NCBI RefSeq assembly: GCF_900205865.1
Contig: NZ_LT906662.1
Coordinates: 1,623,411 to 1,687,410 of the forward strand
Reading direction: 5' to 3'
Length of the DNA stretch: 64,000 bases
DNA from: Thermoanaerobacterium sp. RBIITD
GTDB taxonomy: Bacteria; Bacillota; Thermoanaerobacteria; Thermoanaerobacterales; Thermoanaerobacteraceae
In this document: in pieces, positions 1-9,487 of the stretch
Layout of the letters: each line of letters begins with the position of its first letter
Numbering within the stretch: the first letter of the stretch is position 1
Position numbers and translations under genes: made by a program
Notes under the pieces: generated by a model
Database searches by the model: none
Told to the model about the DNA's origin: nothing
Seen by the model: only the letters and a program-made list of their open reading frames with translations

Positions 1-496
1 TCCTACAAAACTAGTTATAAATATAAGCAGAACAGGTATGACAGGGTATGAGATAATGAGGCTTTTAAGAACCGAATATCATGTTCAATTGGAAATGGCT
101 GATTTAAGCAATATTATGGCTATTATAAGCCTTGGTGATGATATAGAGGCTATTGACTATTTGGTAAAATCTTTAAATGAGCTTTTACAAGAAAAGGAAG
201 GTACTAATGAAATAATAACGGGAAGTATAGTAAGGCCTGAAGTAATTGTAGCACCACGGGATGCCTACTATGGCAGAAATAGGTCTGTTCCATTAGACAT
301 GGCAGCTGGTGAAATAAGTGCGGAGATGATAATGGCATATCCACCTGGTATACCTATGGTATGTCCAGGTGAAAAGATAACAAAAGACCTCATCGATAGA
401 GTTAAAATGCTTAAAGAACAACATTGCCAACTACAAGGAACAGAAGACCCCAATATAGACCATATAAAAGTTTTAGGACATATGTATAAAGTTTAA
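1..496 (+). CDS. Orn/Lys/Arg decarboxylase family protein, C-terminal part (gene starts upstream of the window)
   Basis: The 152-aa reading frame 38..496 resembles the C-terminal domain of PLP-dependent Orn/Lys/Arg decarboxylases (YNGRNRSVPLDMAAGEISAEMIMAYPPGIP). The ORF is open to the window edge. Confidence 0.55.
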   Translation, partial: PTKLVINISRTGMTGYEIMRLLRTEYHVQLEMADLSNIMAIISLGDDIEAIDYLVKSLNELLQEKEGTNEIITGSIVRPEVIVAPRDAYYGRNRSVPLDMAAGEISAEMIMAYPPGIPMVCPGEKITKDLIDRVKMLKEQHCQLQGTEDPNIDHIKVLGHMYKV

Positions 497-545
497 TCCT
501 CTACAAAAAATATGTATAAATACTAAATTATAGAGGAGGCATAAA

Positions 546-1262
546 ATGAGAAAATATTCTGTTTCGAGGTTAAAGATTATAGCACTGATACTCATTCTAT
601 TTATAACATTTACATTAGAGTATTCAGCGCTAAATCTCTCAAAGACAGCTATATCCAATTTATATTGGGGTAATACAGGTAATGATGTGTCGGCTGTACA
701 GACGAGGCTTAGAGATTGGGGTTATTACAATGGACCTATTGATGGATTCTTTGGAGTAAAAATGTGGCTTGCAGTGAGGAGATTTCAAGCCAATAATGGA
801 CTTAATGTTACTGGAATCGTAGATGATGCTACAAAAACGGCACTTGGCTTTGACATTGGTGCGGCATCAGCTATATCTGGTACATATCAGGCGACAACAT
901 CTACAACGATAAGTGATGATGTGTATCTTCTTGCAATGTTAATAAGTGGTGAAGCAAGGGGTGAGCCTTATATAGGAAAAGTAGCTGTCGGTGCCGTTGT
1001 TATGAATAGAATAAGGTCGCCAAAATTTCCACATACAATTCCTGGAGTTATTTTTCAACCCGGTGCATTTTCAGCAGTTGATGACGGACAGATGTGGATA
1101 CCACCATCGCAAGATAGCATAAGGGCGGCGCAGGACGCTATTTCTGGTTGGGATCCGACGGGTGGCGCATTATATTATTACAACGCAGCAAAAGTACAAA
1201 ATTTCTGGATTTTTAATAGACCAATTATTACACAGATTGGAAATCATATTTTTGCAAGGTGA
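546..1262 (+). CDS. sleB: spore cortex-lytic enzyme SleB (PG-binding domain plus Hydrolase_2 domain)
   Basis: Has a signal/TM N-terminus and a PG_binding_1-like segment (GNTGNDVSAVQTRLRDWGYYNGPIDGFFG). The C-terminal cell-wall hydrolase motif is AVGAVVMNRIRSPKFP..IFQPGAFSAV. An RBS (GGAGG) sits 6 nt upstream. Confidence 0.8.
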   Translation: MRKYSVSRLKIIALILILFITFTLEYSALNLSKTAISNLYWGNTGNDVSAVQTRLRDWGYYNGPIDGFFGVKMWLAVRRFQANNGLNVTGIVDDATKTALGFDIGAASAISGTYQATTSTTISDDVYLLAMLISGEARGEPYIGKVAVGAVVMNRIRSPKFPHTIPGVIFQPGAFSAVDDGQMWIPPSQDSIRAAQDAISGWDPTGGALYYYNAAKVQNFWIFNRPIITQIGNHIFAR

Positions 1263-1272
1263 GGTGATAGGA

Positions 1273-2607
1273 ATGAAGCGAATATCTACAGTTGTAATGC
1301 TGTTACTTCTTTTAGTTGTAGGTGCTTGGGGTTACAACCAATACTTGCAGAAAGTTTCTTATCATAGGTATCTTCAAGCACAATATGATAGGTCTTTTTA
1401 CCAGCTTGTCAATAATGTTGAGAATATTGAGACATCGACAGGAAAACTAATGGTATCATCTCAGGAAAATACTACAATACCTATATTGAGCGACATATGG
1501 AGACAGGCCTTTTCGGGACAGGAGAATTTAGGCCAGCTTCCGATTGGACAGCCTGAGATAGAGAATACATCGAAGTTTTTATCACAGATAGGAGATTACT
1601 CGTTTAGCCTTTCAAAAAAAGTTGCAGACGGAAATAAACTATCTGATAAGGACCTTAAAACATTAGCAGAGCTTCACAATTATGCAGTATATTTAGGAAA
1701 GAACCTCCAGGACCTAAGGAGAAAGATACAAGGAGGGTATGAACTAGGTAATCTCAGAAAAAAAGGCACACAAAAGATGAGTGAAATAGATAGTAAGATA
1801 ATGAATGTAAATATGAATACCGTAAATCAGCAGATGTCAAATTATCCGACATTGATATATGATGGGCCTTTTTCAGAAAGTCAGGCAAAATTAACACCAA
1901 GAGGCCTAACAGGAAGCGATGTATCATATGATTATGCGGTATCTATAGCAAAAAAATTCGTAGCAAAACCAGTGGATGGGGCAAATAAATACAGCCCTAA
2001 CAATGGAAAAATAAATTCCTATGGGATAGAGCTAAAAACACCACAAAGAGGACCTTCGATATATATAAATGTCAGCAAAAAAGGTGGGCATGTCCTTTGG
2101 TTAATGGACCAAAGAGCAGTAACAAAGGTTAATATATCAGAGACGCAAGCACTCAATTATGCATTAAAATATTTGAAAAACAGGGAGTTTAACAATATGG
2201 AAAATACATATTCAATAAAAGCAAATGGAACAGTGCAGTTTAATTTTACTCCGGTACAGGATGGTGTTAGAATATATCCGGATATTGTAAAAGTAAAAGT
2301 AGCCCTTGATAATGGCGATATAGTTGGATTTGATGCAACGTCATACTATATGTCACATGTCAATAGAACAATTGAAAAACCAAAACTTACCGAAACTGAA
2401 GCACAGAATAAAGTAAGTAAGAATTTGAAAGTCGAAAGTGTCAAGCTTTGCATAATACCACTTGAAGGCGGAAAAGAAGTATTGGCATATGAATTTAAAG
2501 GTACCTATAGCGGTGACACATTTTATGTATATATAAATGCACAAAATGGTGTAGAAGAAAAGATCTTAAAAGTAATCAAAACAAATCAAGGCAATCTGAC
2601 AATGTAA
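1273..2607 (+). CDS. ypeB: germination protein YpeB (PepSY-domain protein partnered with SleB)
   Basis: Lies immediately downstream of sleB. It has an N-terminal TM helix (MKRISTVVMLLLLLVVGAW) and a size of about 445 aa. The in-frame ATG at 1273 is preferred over the track start at 1162, which overlaps sleB. Confidence 0.7.
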   Translation: MKRISTVVMLLLLLVVGAWGYNQYLQKVSYHRYLQAQYDRSFYQLVNNVENIETSTGKLMVSSQENTTIPILSDIWRQAFSGQENLGQLPIGQPEIENTSKFLSQIGDYSFSLSKKVADGNKLSDKDLKTLAELHNYAVYLGKNLQDLRRKIQGGYELGNLRKKGTQKMSEIDSKIMNVNMNTVNQQMSNYPTLIYDGPFSESQAKLTPRGLTGSDVSYDYAVSIAKKFVAKPVDGANKYSPNNGKINSYGIELKTPQRGPSIYINVSKKGGHVLWLMDQRAVTKVNISETQALNYALKYLKNREFNNMENTYSIKANGTVQFNFTPVQDGVRIYPDIVKVKVALDNGDIVGFDATSYYMSHVNRTIEKPKLTETEAQNKVSKNLKVESVKLCIIPLEGGKEVLAYEFKGTYSGDTFYVYINAQNGVEEKILKVIKTNQGNLTM

Positions 2608-2800
2608 AGTTAAAAAGTTGGAAGAGGAAATGTTCCTATTCCAACTTTTTGTATGAAACTTTAATTAATTAAATTTTTCGGATATATTTAATAAGAAAAT
2701 AATTAAGAATAATGTAAGTTACGTGTTTCGTAAAAGCCATTATGCATAAAAAATGATATAAAGACGAAAATATAGATGGGCCCAAAAGGAGGAATTAAAA

Positions 2801-2986
2801 TTGAGTAGACGTCATAATAGTCTTATGTCCGACGACTTAAAGATGGAGTTGGCAAAAGAGCTTGGCGTTTACGATACAGTAAAGACTGAAGGTTGGGGAA
2901 GTGTATCATCTCGAAATTGTGGCAATCTCGTTAGGCTCGCTATAGAGAAAGCTGAAAAGAGCATGGTGCAAAATAGAAACTTATAA
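2801..2986 (+). CDS. small acid-soluble spore protein, alpha/beta type
   Basis: A 61-aa protein with the SASP signature (LKMELAKELGV...WGSVSSRNCGNLVRLAIEKAE). An RBS (AAAGGAGG) lies upstream, and a hairpin with T-run follows at 3011-3048. Confidence 0.8.
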   Translation: MSRRHNSLMSDDLKMELAKELGVYDTVKTEGWGSVSSRNCGNLVRLAIEKAEKSMVQNRNL

Positions 2987-3010
2987 GTCGCCTCATATAA
3001 AGCCCAAAAA

Positions 3011-3048
3011 GGCCGGGGAAGATAAAATCTTCTCTGGCCTTTTAATTT
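3011..3048 (+). terminator. rho-independent terminator after the SASP gene
   Basis: GGCCGGGGAAGA...TCTTCTCTGGCC stem followed by TTTT. Confidence 0.5.
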
Positions 3049-3130
3049 TACAACATAATTTATGACTTGAATACATATTGTCAAAAGGGTAGAATATAAT
3101 TAATATAAATTAGATAGTACGCATAATCGT

Positions 3131-4237
3131 ATGAAAGGAATGAAAGTTTATATGGTAAAATTAAATGTGGCGGTTTTATTTGGAGGACAATCAGGCGAGC
3201 ATGAGGTATCGAAAATGTCTGCAAAATCGATTATAAATAATATAAATAAAGATAAGTATGAAATTTATTTGGTTGGAATAACAAAATGCGGAGAATGGTA
3301 TTTATACAAGGGAGATGTTGAAAAAATTGAAACCGATGAGTGGAAGAAAGAAGCCATACCTGTTGTTATCGGACCATCAACAAAATATAAGGGAATATTA
3401 ACATTAAAAGACGGCAAATATGAATTTTATCCGATAGATGTCGTATTTCCTGTCCTTCATGGACCGAATGGTGAAGATGGTACAGTTCAAGGGCTTTTGG
3501 AGCTACTTGAAGTGCCGTATGTTGGTCCGAATGTACTGTCATCTTCATTGTGTATGGATAAAATATTTTCTAAGAGGCTTTTTAAAGAATCGGGCATACC
3601 AACACCTGATTTTACAATAGTTTATAGAAATGAATTAAATGATATAAATAAAAAAGATGAAATATTTAATAGAGTATCAGGGATTGGATATCCTTGTTTT
3701 ATAAAGCCTGCAAATATGGGTTCCAGCGTTGGCATTACAAAAGTTCATAATGAAAATGAATTATATGATGCCTTGAAATTAGCAGCAAAATATGATAGAA
3801 AAATAATTGTAGAGCAGGGAATTGATGCAAGGGAGATAGAATGTGCTGTTCTTGGCAATGAAAATCCTGAAGCATCTATTGCAGGTGAAATATTGCCGGC
3901 ACACGAATTTTATGATTACGATGCAAAATATTATGATGAAGCATCTAAGTTATTCATTCCTGCACCGATACCAGATGTAAAAATGGAGGAAATAAGAGAT
4001 TTAGCAGTAAAGGCGTTTGTTGCACTAGACTGTAGGGGTATGGCGCGAGTAGACTTTTTGATGGACAAAAATACAGGTAAAGTATATTTAAACGAGTTAA
4101 ATACGATACCAGGTTTTACAAAAATAAGTATGTATCCAAAACTATGGGAAGCGACGGGAAAGCCTTATCCTGTTTTGATTGATGAACTTATTGAGCTTGC
4201 AATATCTGCTAATAAAGAGAAGTGTACAAATTGGTAA
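3131..4237 (+). CDS. ddl: D-alanine--D-alanine ligase
   Basis: Ddl family N-terminus (VAVLFGGQSGEHEVS) with an ATP-grasp body and a length typical of Ddl. An alternative start is MVKLN at 3152. Confidence 0.85.
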   Translation: MKGMKVYMVKLNVAVLFGGQSGEHEVSKMSAKSIINNINKDKYEIYLVGITKCGEWYLYKGDVEKIETDEWKKEAIPVVIGPSTKYKGILTLKDGKYEFYPIDVVFPVLHGPNGEDGTVQGLLELLEVPYVGPNVLSSSLCMDKIFSKRLFKESGIPTPDFTIVYRNELNDINKKDEIFNRVSGIGYPCFIKPANMGSSVGITKVHNENELYDALKLAAKYDRKIIVEQGIDAREIECAVLGNENPEASIAGEILPAHEFYDYDAKYYDEASKLFIPAPIPDVKMEEIRDLAVKAFVALDCRGMARVDFLMDKNTGKVYLNELNTIPGFTKISMYPKLWEATGKPYPVLIDELIELAISANKEKCTNW

Positions 4238-4255
4238 AATAAAGGGGAGCTTAGT

Positions 4256-4678
4256 TTGAGAAAAGCTGTAATAACAGTAAAAGGAACACAGAAAAATGCA
4301 CAGAATGAGCTTGATACGATTGAGCTTATTACAGAAGGTGGTTTTTTAAGAAAAGGTGATTATTACTATATAAAATATGACGAGTCGGAAATATCTGGAA
4401 TGGATGGGACGACTACGACATTAAAAATAAGTGAAGATGTTGTTGTACTCATGAGATTTGGCTCAAATCAATCAAAAATGGTATTTGAAAAGGACAAAAG
4501 ACACGAGTCGAATTATGTTACACCATATGGCAATGTATTACTCGGCATAAAGCCACATGTTATAGATGTAAAACTTAATGAAAATGGCGGTGAATTGAAA
4601 TTAAAATATGCTCTTGATTTAAATGAAAATGTAATAAGCGACAATGAATTGCATTTAACAGTTCGGGAGGTTAATTAA
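4256..4678 (+). CDS. DUF1934 (YwiB-like) protein
   Basis: A 140-aa acidic protein immediately upstream of argS, with overlapping stop and start (TAATG). This context is conserved in Firmicutes. Confidence 0.5.
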   Translation: MRKAVITVKGTQKNAQNELDTIELITEGGFLRKGDYYYIKYDESEISGMDGTTTTLKISEDVVVLMRFGSNQSKMVFEKDKRHESNYVTPYGNVLLGIKPHVIDVKLNENGGELKLKYALDLNENVISDNELHLTVREVN

Positions 4679-6366
4679 TGAATAATATTGTACAAAAGGT
4701 GAAAGATGAGATAACAAAGATTGTGACAGAATCAATAAATAAGGCAATAAAAGAAGGATTTCTATCAATAGAAAAAATACCGGATATAGAGATAGAAGAG
4801 CCAAAAGAAAAGCAACATGGAGATCTTGCTATAAATACAGCTATGATAATGGCTAAGTCAGCCAAGATGCCACCGAGGAAGATAGCAGAGAAAATCAAAG
4901 ATGGTATTGACTTGAATGGAACGTTTATAAATAAGGTGGATGTCGCGGGGCCGGGATTTATGAATTTCTATTTAAATGAAAATTACCTTATAGAAGCACT
5001 AAAGCTTATCATTGAAAAAGGCAGTGAGTATGGCCGAGTAAATATAGGAAATGGGAAGAAAGTACAGGTGGAATTCGTTTCAGCAAATCCGACAGGGCCT
5101 ATGCATATGGGCAATGCGAGGGGCGGTGCACTCGGCGATGCACTTTCATCAATACTGGATTGCGCTGGATACAATGTAACTAAGGAATTTTACATAAATG
5201 ATGCAGGTAATCAAATAGAAAAATTTGGTTTATCCCTTGAAGCAAGATATTTAGAACTACTCGGTGAACATGCAGAAATACCTGAAGGAGGATATCATGG
5301 CGATGATATTATTGAAAGAGCTAAGGAATTTTTAAACTTATATGGTGATAAATATAAAGATGTTCCAGCAGAAGAAAGAAGGAGAGCACTGACAGAATAC
5401 GGACTTAATAAGAATATAGAAAAACTTAAAGAGGATTTACATGCATATGGCATAGAATACGACGTATGGTTTTCGGAGAAGTCCTTACATCAAAGTGGTG
5501 AAGTGAATTCTATAATAAATGAACTTAAAGAAAAAGGTTATACGTATGAAAAAGATGGAGCTTTATGGTTTAAAGAGACCTTGTTTGGCGCGGAAAAGGA
5601 TGATGTTTTAGTACGTGCAAATGGGTATCCCACATATCTGGCCTCAGATATTGCATATCATAAAAATAAATTTTTGACGCGTGGCTTTGACTGGGTCATA
5701 GATATATGGGGAGCTGACCACCATGGACATGTTGCACCAATGAAAGGCGCTATGGAAGCTCTCGGTATAAATCCGGACAAGCTTGATGTTTTGCTTATGC
5801 AGCTTGTAAGGCTTATGAAAAGCGGAGAAGTTGTAAGGATGTCCAAAAGAACAGGTAAAATGGTGACATTAAGGGATTTAATTGACGAAGTCGGCAAAGA
5901 TGCGGCACGATTTTTCTTCAATATGCGTTCTGCCGACAGTGCAGTTGATTTTGATATGGACTTGGCGGTTGAACAGTCGAATGAAAACCCAGTATTCTAC
6001 GTACAATATGCCCATGCCAGGATATGCTCTATCATAAGGCAGCTTGAAGAGGATGGTATAGAAATAGAAGATTCCATTAATGCAGACTTAAGTCTACTTA
6101 AAGATGAAACAGAAATTGATTTAATCAAAAAGCTTGCATATTTGCCGGAGGAGATTACAATAGCCGCTAAAACAATAGCACCGCATCGAATAACGAGATA
6201 CATCCTTGATGTAGCGTCACTATTTCATTCTTTTTATAATAGCTGCAGGGTAAGAGGTACTGATGAAAATCTTATGAAGGCAAGGATTGCACTTATAGTC
6301 GCAACAAAGACAGTTATAAAAAATGTTCTTGATATGTTAAAAATAACTGCACCGGAAAAAATGTAA
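4678..6366 (+). CDS. argS: arginine--tRNA ligase
   Basis: 562-aa class-I aaRS with a HIGH-like motif (PTGPMHMGNARGG), an MSKRTG-type KMSK motif, and a DALR anticodon-binding C-terminus. Confidence 0.9.
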   Translation: MNNIVQKVKDEITKIVTESINKAIKEGFLSIEKIPDIEIEEPKEKQHGDLAINTAMIMAKSAKMPPRKIAEKIKDGIDLNGTFINKVDVAGPGFMNFYLNENYLIEALKLIIEKGSEYGRVNIGNGKKVQVEFVSANPTGPMHMGNARGGALGDALSSILDCAGYNVTKEFYINDAGNQIEKFGLSLEARYLELLGEHAEIPEGGYHGDDIIERAKEFLNLYGDKYKDVPAEERRRALTEYGLNKNIEKLKEDLHAYGIEYDVWFSEKSLHQSGEVNSIINELKEKGYTYEKDGALWFKETLFGAEKDDVLVRANGYPTYLASDIAYHKNKFLTRGFDWVIDIWGADHHGHVAPMKGAMEALGINPDKLDVLLMQLVRLMKSGEVVRMSKRTGKMVTLRDLIDEVGKDAARFFFNMRSADSAVDFDMDLAVEQSNENPVFYVQYAHARICSIIRQLEEDGIEIEDSINADLSLLKDETEIDLIKKLAYLPEEITIAAKTIAPHRITRYILDVASLFHSFYNSCRVRGTDENLMKARIALIVATKTVIKNVLDMLKITAPEKM

Positions 6367-6370
6367 AGGC

Positions 6371-8140
6371 ATGTTTCCTACCTTATTTTTGTTAGGAGGA
6401 GCCAATATGTTAGGAACTGAAATGATATTGGAAATATTGTATATTGTTTTGATTGGCGGAGGTTTGTTACTAGGCTTTCAAGTAAATCATCTTTATTTCT
6501 TGTTGCCAATTGTAGGTATTGCCATAGTTTTAATTATCAACAAAATTAAGAAAGATACTGAACAAGAAAAAGCAAAGAGAGAAATCAAAGAAAAATGGGG
6601 CAAAGACCATAAGGAAAAAAGAAATTTTGATTTTATTGAGAAGCTTTATAGAGCTCTTTTAAAGGAAGAGAATTGTGAAAATATCGATGATACCACATGG
6701 CGAGACCTCGATATGGATTTTGTATATGAGAAGCTTGACCATACAATGTCAAGTCCCGGTCAACAATATTTATATTATCTTCTAAGACATCTAATTCACG
6801 ATGAGGTAGAATTAAAAAATAGAAGTACTATGATTGAGGAATTTATGAAGAATAAAGATTATGCTGAGTTACTACAAGTTCATTTAAAAAGGATTGGGAA
6901 AGAGCAAAGTGTTGATATAGTAAGATACTTGTTAGAAGGTATGAAAATTGTTAATAATCCTCTTCCATTATATCAGATTTTAACTTTATTAGTTATTCTG
7001 TCGCCTGTTATTATTTATTTTGGTCATGGCTTTGGAGTACTTCTATTGATTGCGTTAGTTATGATAAATGGCATGGTTTATTCTAATACTAAATCCAAGA
7101 TATTTGAGGAAATGATGGTATTTGAGAATATATCGAAATTATTAAGATGTGTAAATGAAATAATAAAAGAGGATGGCGATAACCCTACTTTTGACTTTTC
7201 TAAATTAAAAGAACTTTATGATAAAGTAAAAAATATATATAGAAATGTAGGTTCAATTGAATTTTTAGAAAAAGCGGCAGCTGGAGGTGACTCAACCGGA
7301 ATATTGAGTTTTCTCAACATGTTATTATTAATAGAAGTAAGAAGCTTTTACAAATCAATTGATTTAATGAATAAATATAAAGGGGAATTACTTGATTTAT
7401 ATATTGAACTTGGCAAAATAGATGCGTATATTGCATTAGCATCGTACAAGGATAGCTTAAAGTACTACACAAAACCATCATTGTCGAAAAAGAAGCCATA
7501 TTTCCTTAGGGCTTTGGACCTATATCATCCACTTCTTAGTGACCCCGTGCCGAATTCCATCGAGGTAAGCGCTAGAGGAATCCTTTTGACAGGTTCAAAT
7601 GCATCTGGTAAGTCCACATTTTTAAAGACTATTGGTATAAATGCAATTTTCGCCCAAACTTTTAATACTGTACTTGCAAAAGAATATTCATCAAGCTATT
7701 TTAATGTGATGACATCTATAGGCACCCTTGACAATATAATTGGCGGTGACAGCTATTTCATGGTTGAAGCAAAATCCCTTAAGAGGATAATAGACACACT
7801 CAATGATGATGTCACTGTTTTATGTATACTTGATGAAATTTTCAGAGGAACAAATACAATAGAGAGGATAAGCGCTGCATCAGAAGTTCTTCACTATATG
7901 ATAAAGAAAAATTGTTTTGTCGTTGCCGCAACACATGATTTAGAGCTTACAAGCCTTGTCGAGGATTACTATGATAATTACCATTTTGAAGAAAATGTTG
8001 ATGATAATGATGTTAAATTTAATTATCTTTTGCAAAAAGGCCCATCAAGAAGTAGAAACGCCATAAAAATACTTAAATTGCTAGGATATCCGGAAGAAAT
8101 TTATAAAAACGCTATGGATAGAGCAAATGAAATTTTGTGA
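6371..8140 (+). CDS. MutS-family ATPase with N-terminal transmembrane region (MutS domain V only)
   Basis: Has N-terminal TM helices and a C-terminal MutS ABC-ATPase core (LLTGSNASGKSTFLK; DEIFRGTN; ATHD). No Smr or mismatch-binding domains are evident. Confidence 0.6.
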   Translation: MFPTLFLLGGANMLGTEMILEILYIVLIGGGLLLGFQVNHLYFLLPIVGIAIVLIINKIKKDTEQEKAKREIKEKWGKDHKEKRNFDFIEKLYRALLKEENCENIDDTTWRDLDMDFVYEKLDHTMSSPGQQYLYYLLRHLIHDEVELKNRSTMIEEFMKNKDYAELLQVHLKRIGKEQSVDIVRYLLEGMKIVNNPLPLYQILTLLVILSPVIIYFGHGFGVLLLIALVMINGMVYSNTKSKIFEEMMVFENISKLLRCVNEIIKEDGDNPTFDFSKLKELYDKVKNIYRNVGSIEFLEKAAAGGDSTGILSFLNMLLLIEVRSFYKSIDLMNKYKGELLDLYIELGKIDAYIALASYKDSLKYYTKPSLSKKKPYFLRALDLYHPLLSDPVPNSIEVSARGILLTGSNASGKSTFLKTIGINAIFAQTFNTVLAKEYSSSYFNVMTSIGTLDNIIGGDSYFMVEAKSLKRIIDTLNDDVTVLCILDEIFRGTNTIERISAASEVLHYMIKKNCFVVAATHDLELTSLVEDYYDNYHFEENVDDNDVKFNYLLQKGPSRSRNAIKILKLLGYPEEIYKNAMDRANEIL

Positions 8141-8186
8141 TATATAATAAAATATTGTCCTATAATATGGAATAGGAGGTGCTATC

Positions 8187-8822
8187 ATGAAAATAAGATA
8201 TTTCGGACATTCCTGTTTCAAGATAACGACAGACAGCGGTGTTTCTATTGTTACAGATCCGTTTGACAAGACTGTTGGCTATCCTTTGCCTGAGACTGAT
8301 GCGGATATTGTAATATCTACACATTCACATTATGACCACAATTATTTCAAAGCGATAAAGGGAAACTTTGATATAATAAATACACCTGGTGAACATAATG
8401 TAAAAGGGATTCACATAAAGGGTGTAAATACCTTTCATGATGATGAACACGGTGCAAAAAGAGGCAAAAATATTGTCTTTATTATGGATGTAGATGGCAT
8501 AAAAGTATGCCATGCTGGTGACCTTGGACATTTACTTACAGATGAAATGATATCGGAAATAAAACCTATTGATATATTAATGATACCTGTTGGAGGTTTT
8601 TTTACAATCGATGATAGACAGGCTGTAAAAGTTATTGATTCACTAAAACCAAAACTTACAATTGCCATGCATTTTAGGACACTTGCTGTTGATATGCCTA
8701 TTGAAACTGTTGATAACTTTTTGAAAATGACATGTGGTGAGAAAATCCAATCTAATGAAATTGATGTTAAAAAGAATGATTTAGAGGGAAAACCAAAAGT
8801 TATCGCATTGAATTATGAATAA
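8187..8822 (+). CDS. MBL-fold metallo-hydrolase
   Basis: Carries an HxHxDH motif (STHSHYDHN) and a later HAGD. An RBS (GGAGGTG) lies upstream. Confidence 0.7.
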   Translation: MKIRYFGHSCFKITTDSGVSIVTDPFDKTVGYPLPETDADIVISTHSHYDHNYFKAIKGNFDIINTPGEHNVKGIHIKGVNTFHDDEHGAKRGKNIVFIMDVDGIKVCHAGDLGHLLTDEMISEIKPIDILMIPVGGFFTIDDRQAVKVIDSLKPKLTIAMHFRTLAVDMPIETVDNFLKMTCGEKIQSNEIDVKKNDLEGKPKVIALNYE

Positions 8823-8926
8823 TATTTTTAAATAATAATTCAATTTAAAAATATTGACACTTATTTCCTAAAAATTTAAAGAATAATTAAGCCTAAATGG
8901 GACAACATAATAACGTAAGGTTCGTA

Positions 8927-9235
8927 ATGGTTGAGCCAAGACCATTTAAGGACGAAAGTTCTTAAATGGTCGGCCAAAGATTGATATCCGATCAAGTGGT
9001 CGGATATCAGTCGGAGGGCAGATTATAATATGTCTTGTAAGGCTTGATATTAGTCGAATTGGATTAATATCAGGTTAAAAGAGATGTATTATAGTCGAGC
9101 TAAGACTATTATAAGTTCCGAAGGTCAAATGTATGGCATAATGTTGTACTTAAACTGGAGGTCTGATATAGTTGAAAGATTATATCAGGTTTCTAAGGTA
9201 TTTATAATAGTCGAGCATAGGTCTTAATAAGTTTT
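8927..9235. repeat. array of imperfect tandem hairpin-forming repeats in an intergenic region
   Basis: Successive inverted repeats occur along the region: AATGGTTGAGCCAAGACCATT, TGATATCCGATCAAGTGGTCGGATATCA, CTTGATATTAG..TTAATATCAGG, TATAGTCGAGCTAAGACTAT, and CTGATATAGTTGAAAGATTATATCAG. An 80-nt core, comprising the GATAT hairpin plus TAnTAGTCGAGC...TTATAAGTT, is repeated with a period of about 118 nt. A TTGACA-like -35 lies at 8855. Confidence 0.5.
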
Positions 9236-9342
9236 GTAATGCTTTTATTAAGTCATATGTTTTGATTTAATAAAGGTATGTAAAGATTTATATAGGCTAA
9301 AGCGAAGATCATTACGAGCCTTTTTAAATATAATTTATATTG

Positions 9343-9374
9343 GAGACGGTACTTATTGAACCGTCTCTTATTTA
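9343..9374 (+). terminator. rho-independent terminator-like hairpin
   Basis: GAGACGGT-loop-ACCGTCTC followed by a T-rich tail. Confidence 0.45.
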
Positions 9375-9404
9375 TTATAATAAAATTATGACTTAAGTCA
9401 TATA

Positions 9405-9449
9405 AAATGGTGACTTTGTGTACTACAAAGATATCACCATTTTTTTTAT
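9405..9449 (+). terminator. rho-independent terminator
   Basis: AATGGTGA...TCACCATT stem followed by TTTTTTTT. Confidence 0.55.
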
Positions 9450-9487
9450 TATAATATTGTAAGATTAGATGAAAGGAGATATTGATT

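Noticed and set aside
1162-1272. Track start of the ypeB ORF inside sleB
   Set aside because: The extension overlaps the sleB coding sequence. An in-frame ATG at 1273 is followed by a canonical signal/TM N-terminus.
8927-9235. Possible CRISPR array
   Set aside because: The repeats are imperfect, carry internal dyad symmetry and vary in length. There is no constant repeat/spacer periodicity and no cas genes.
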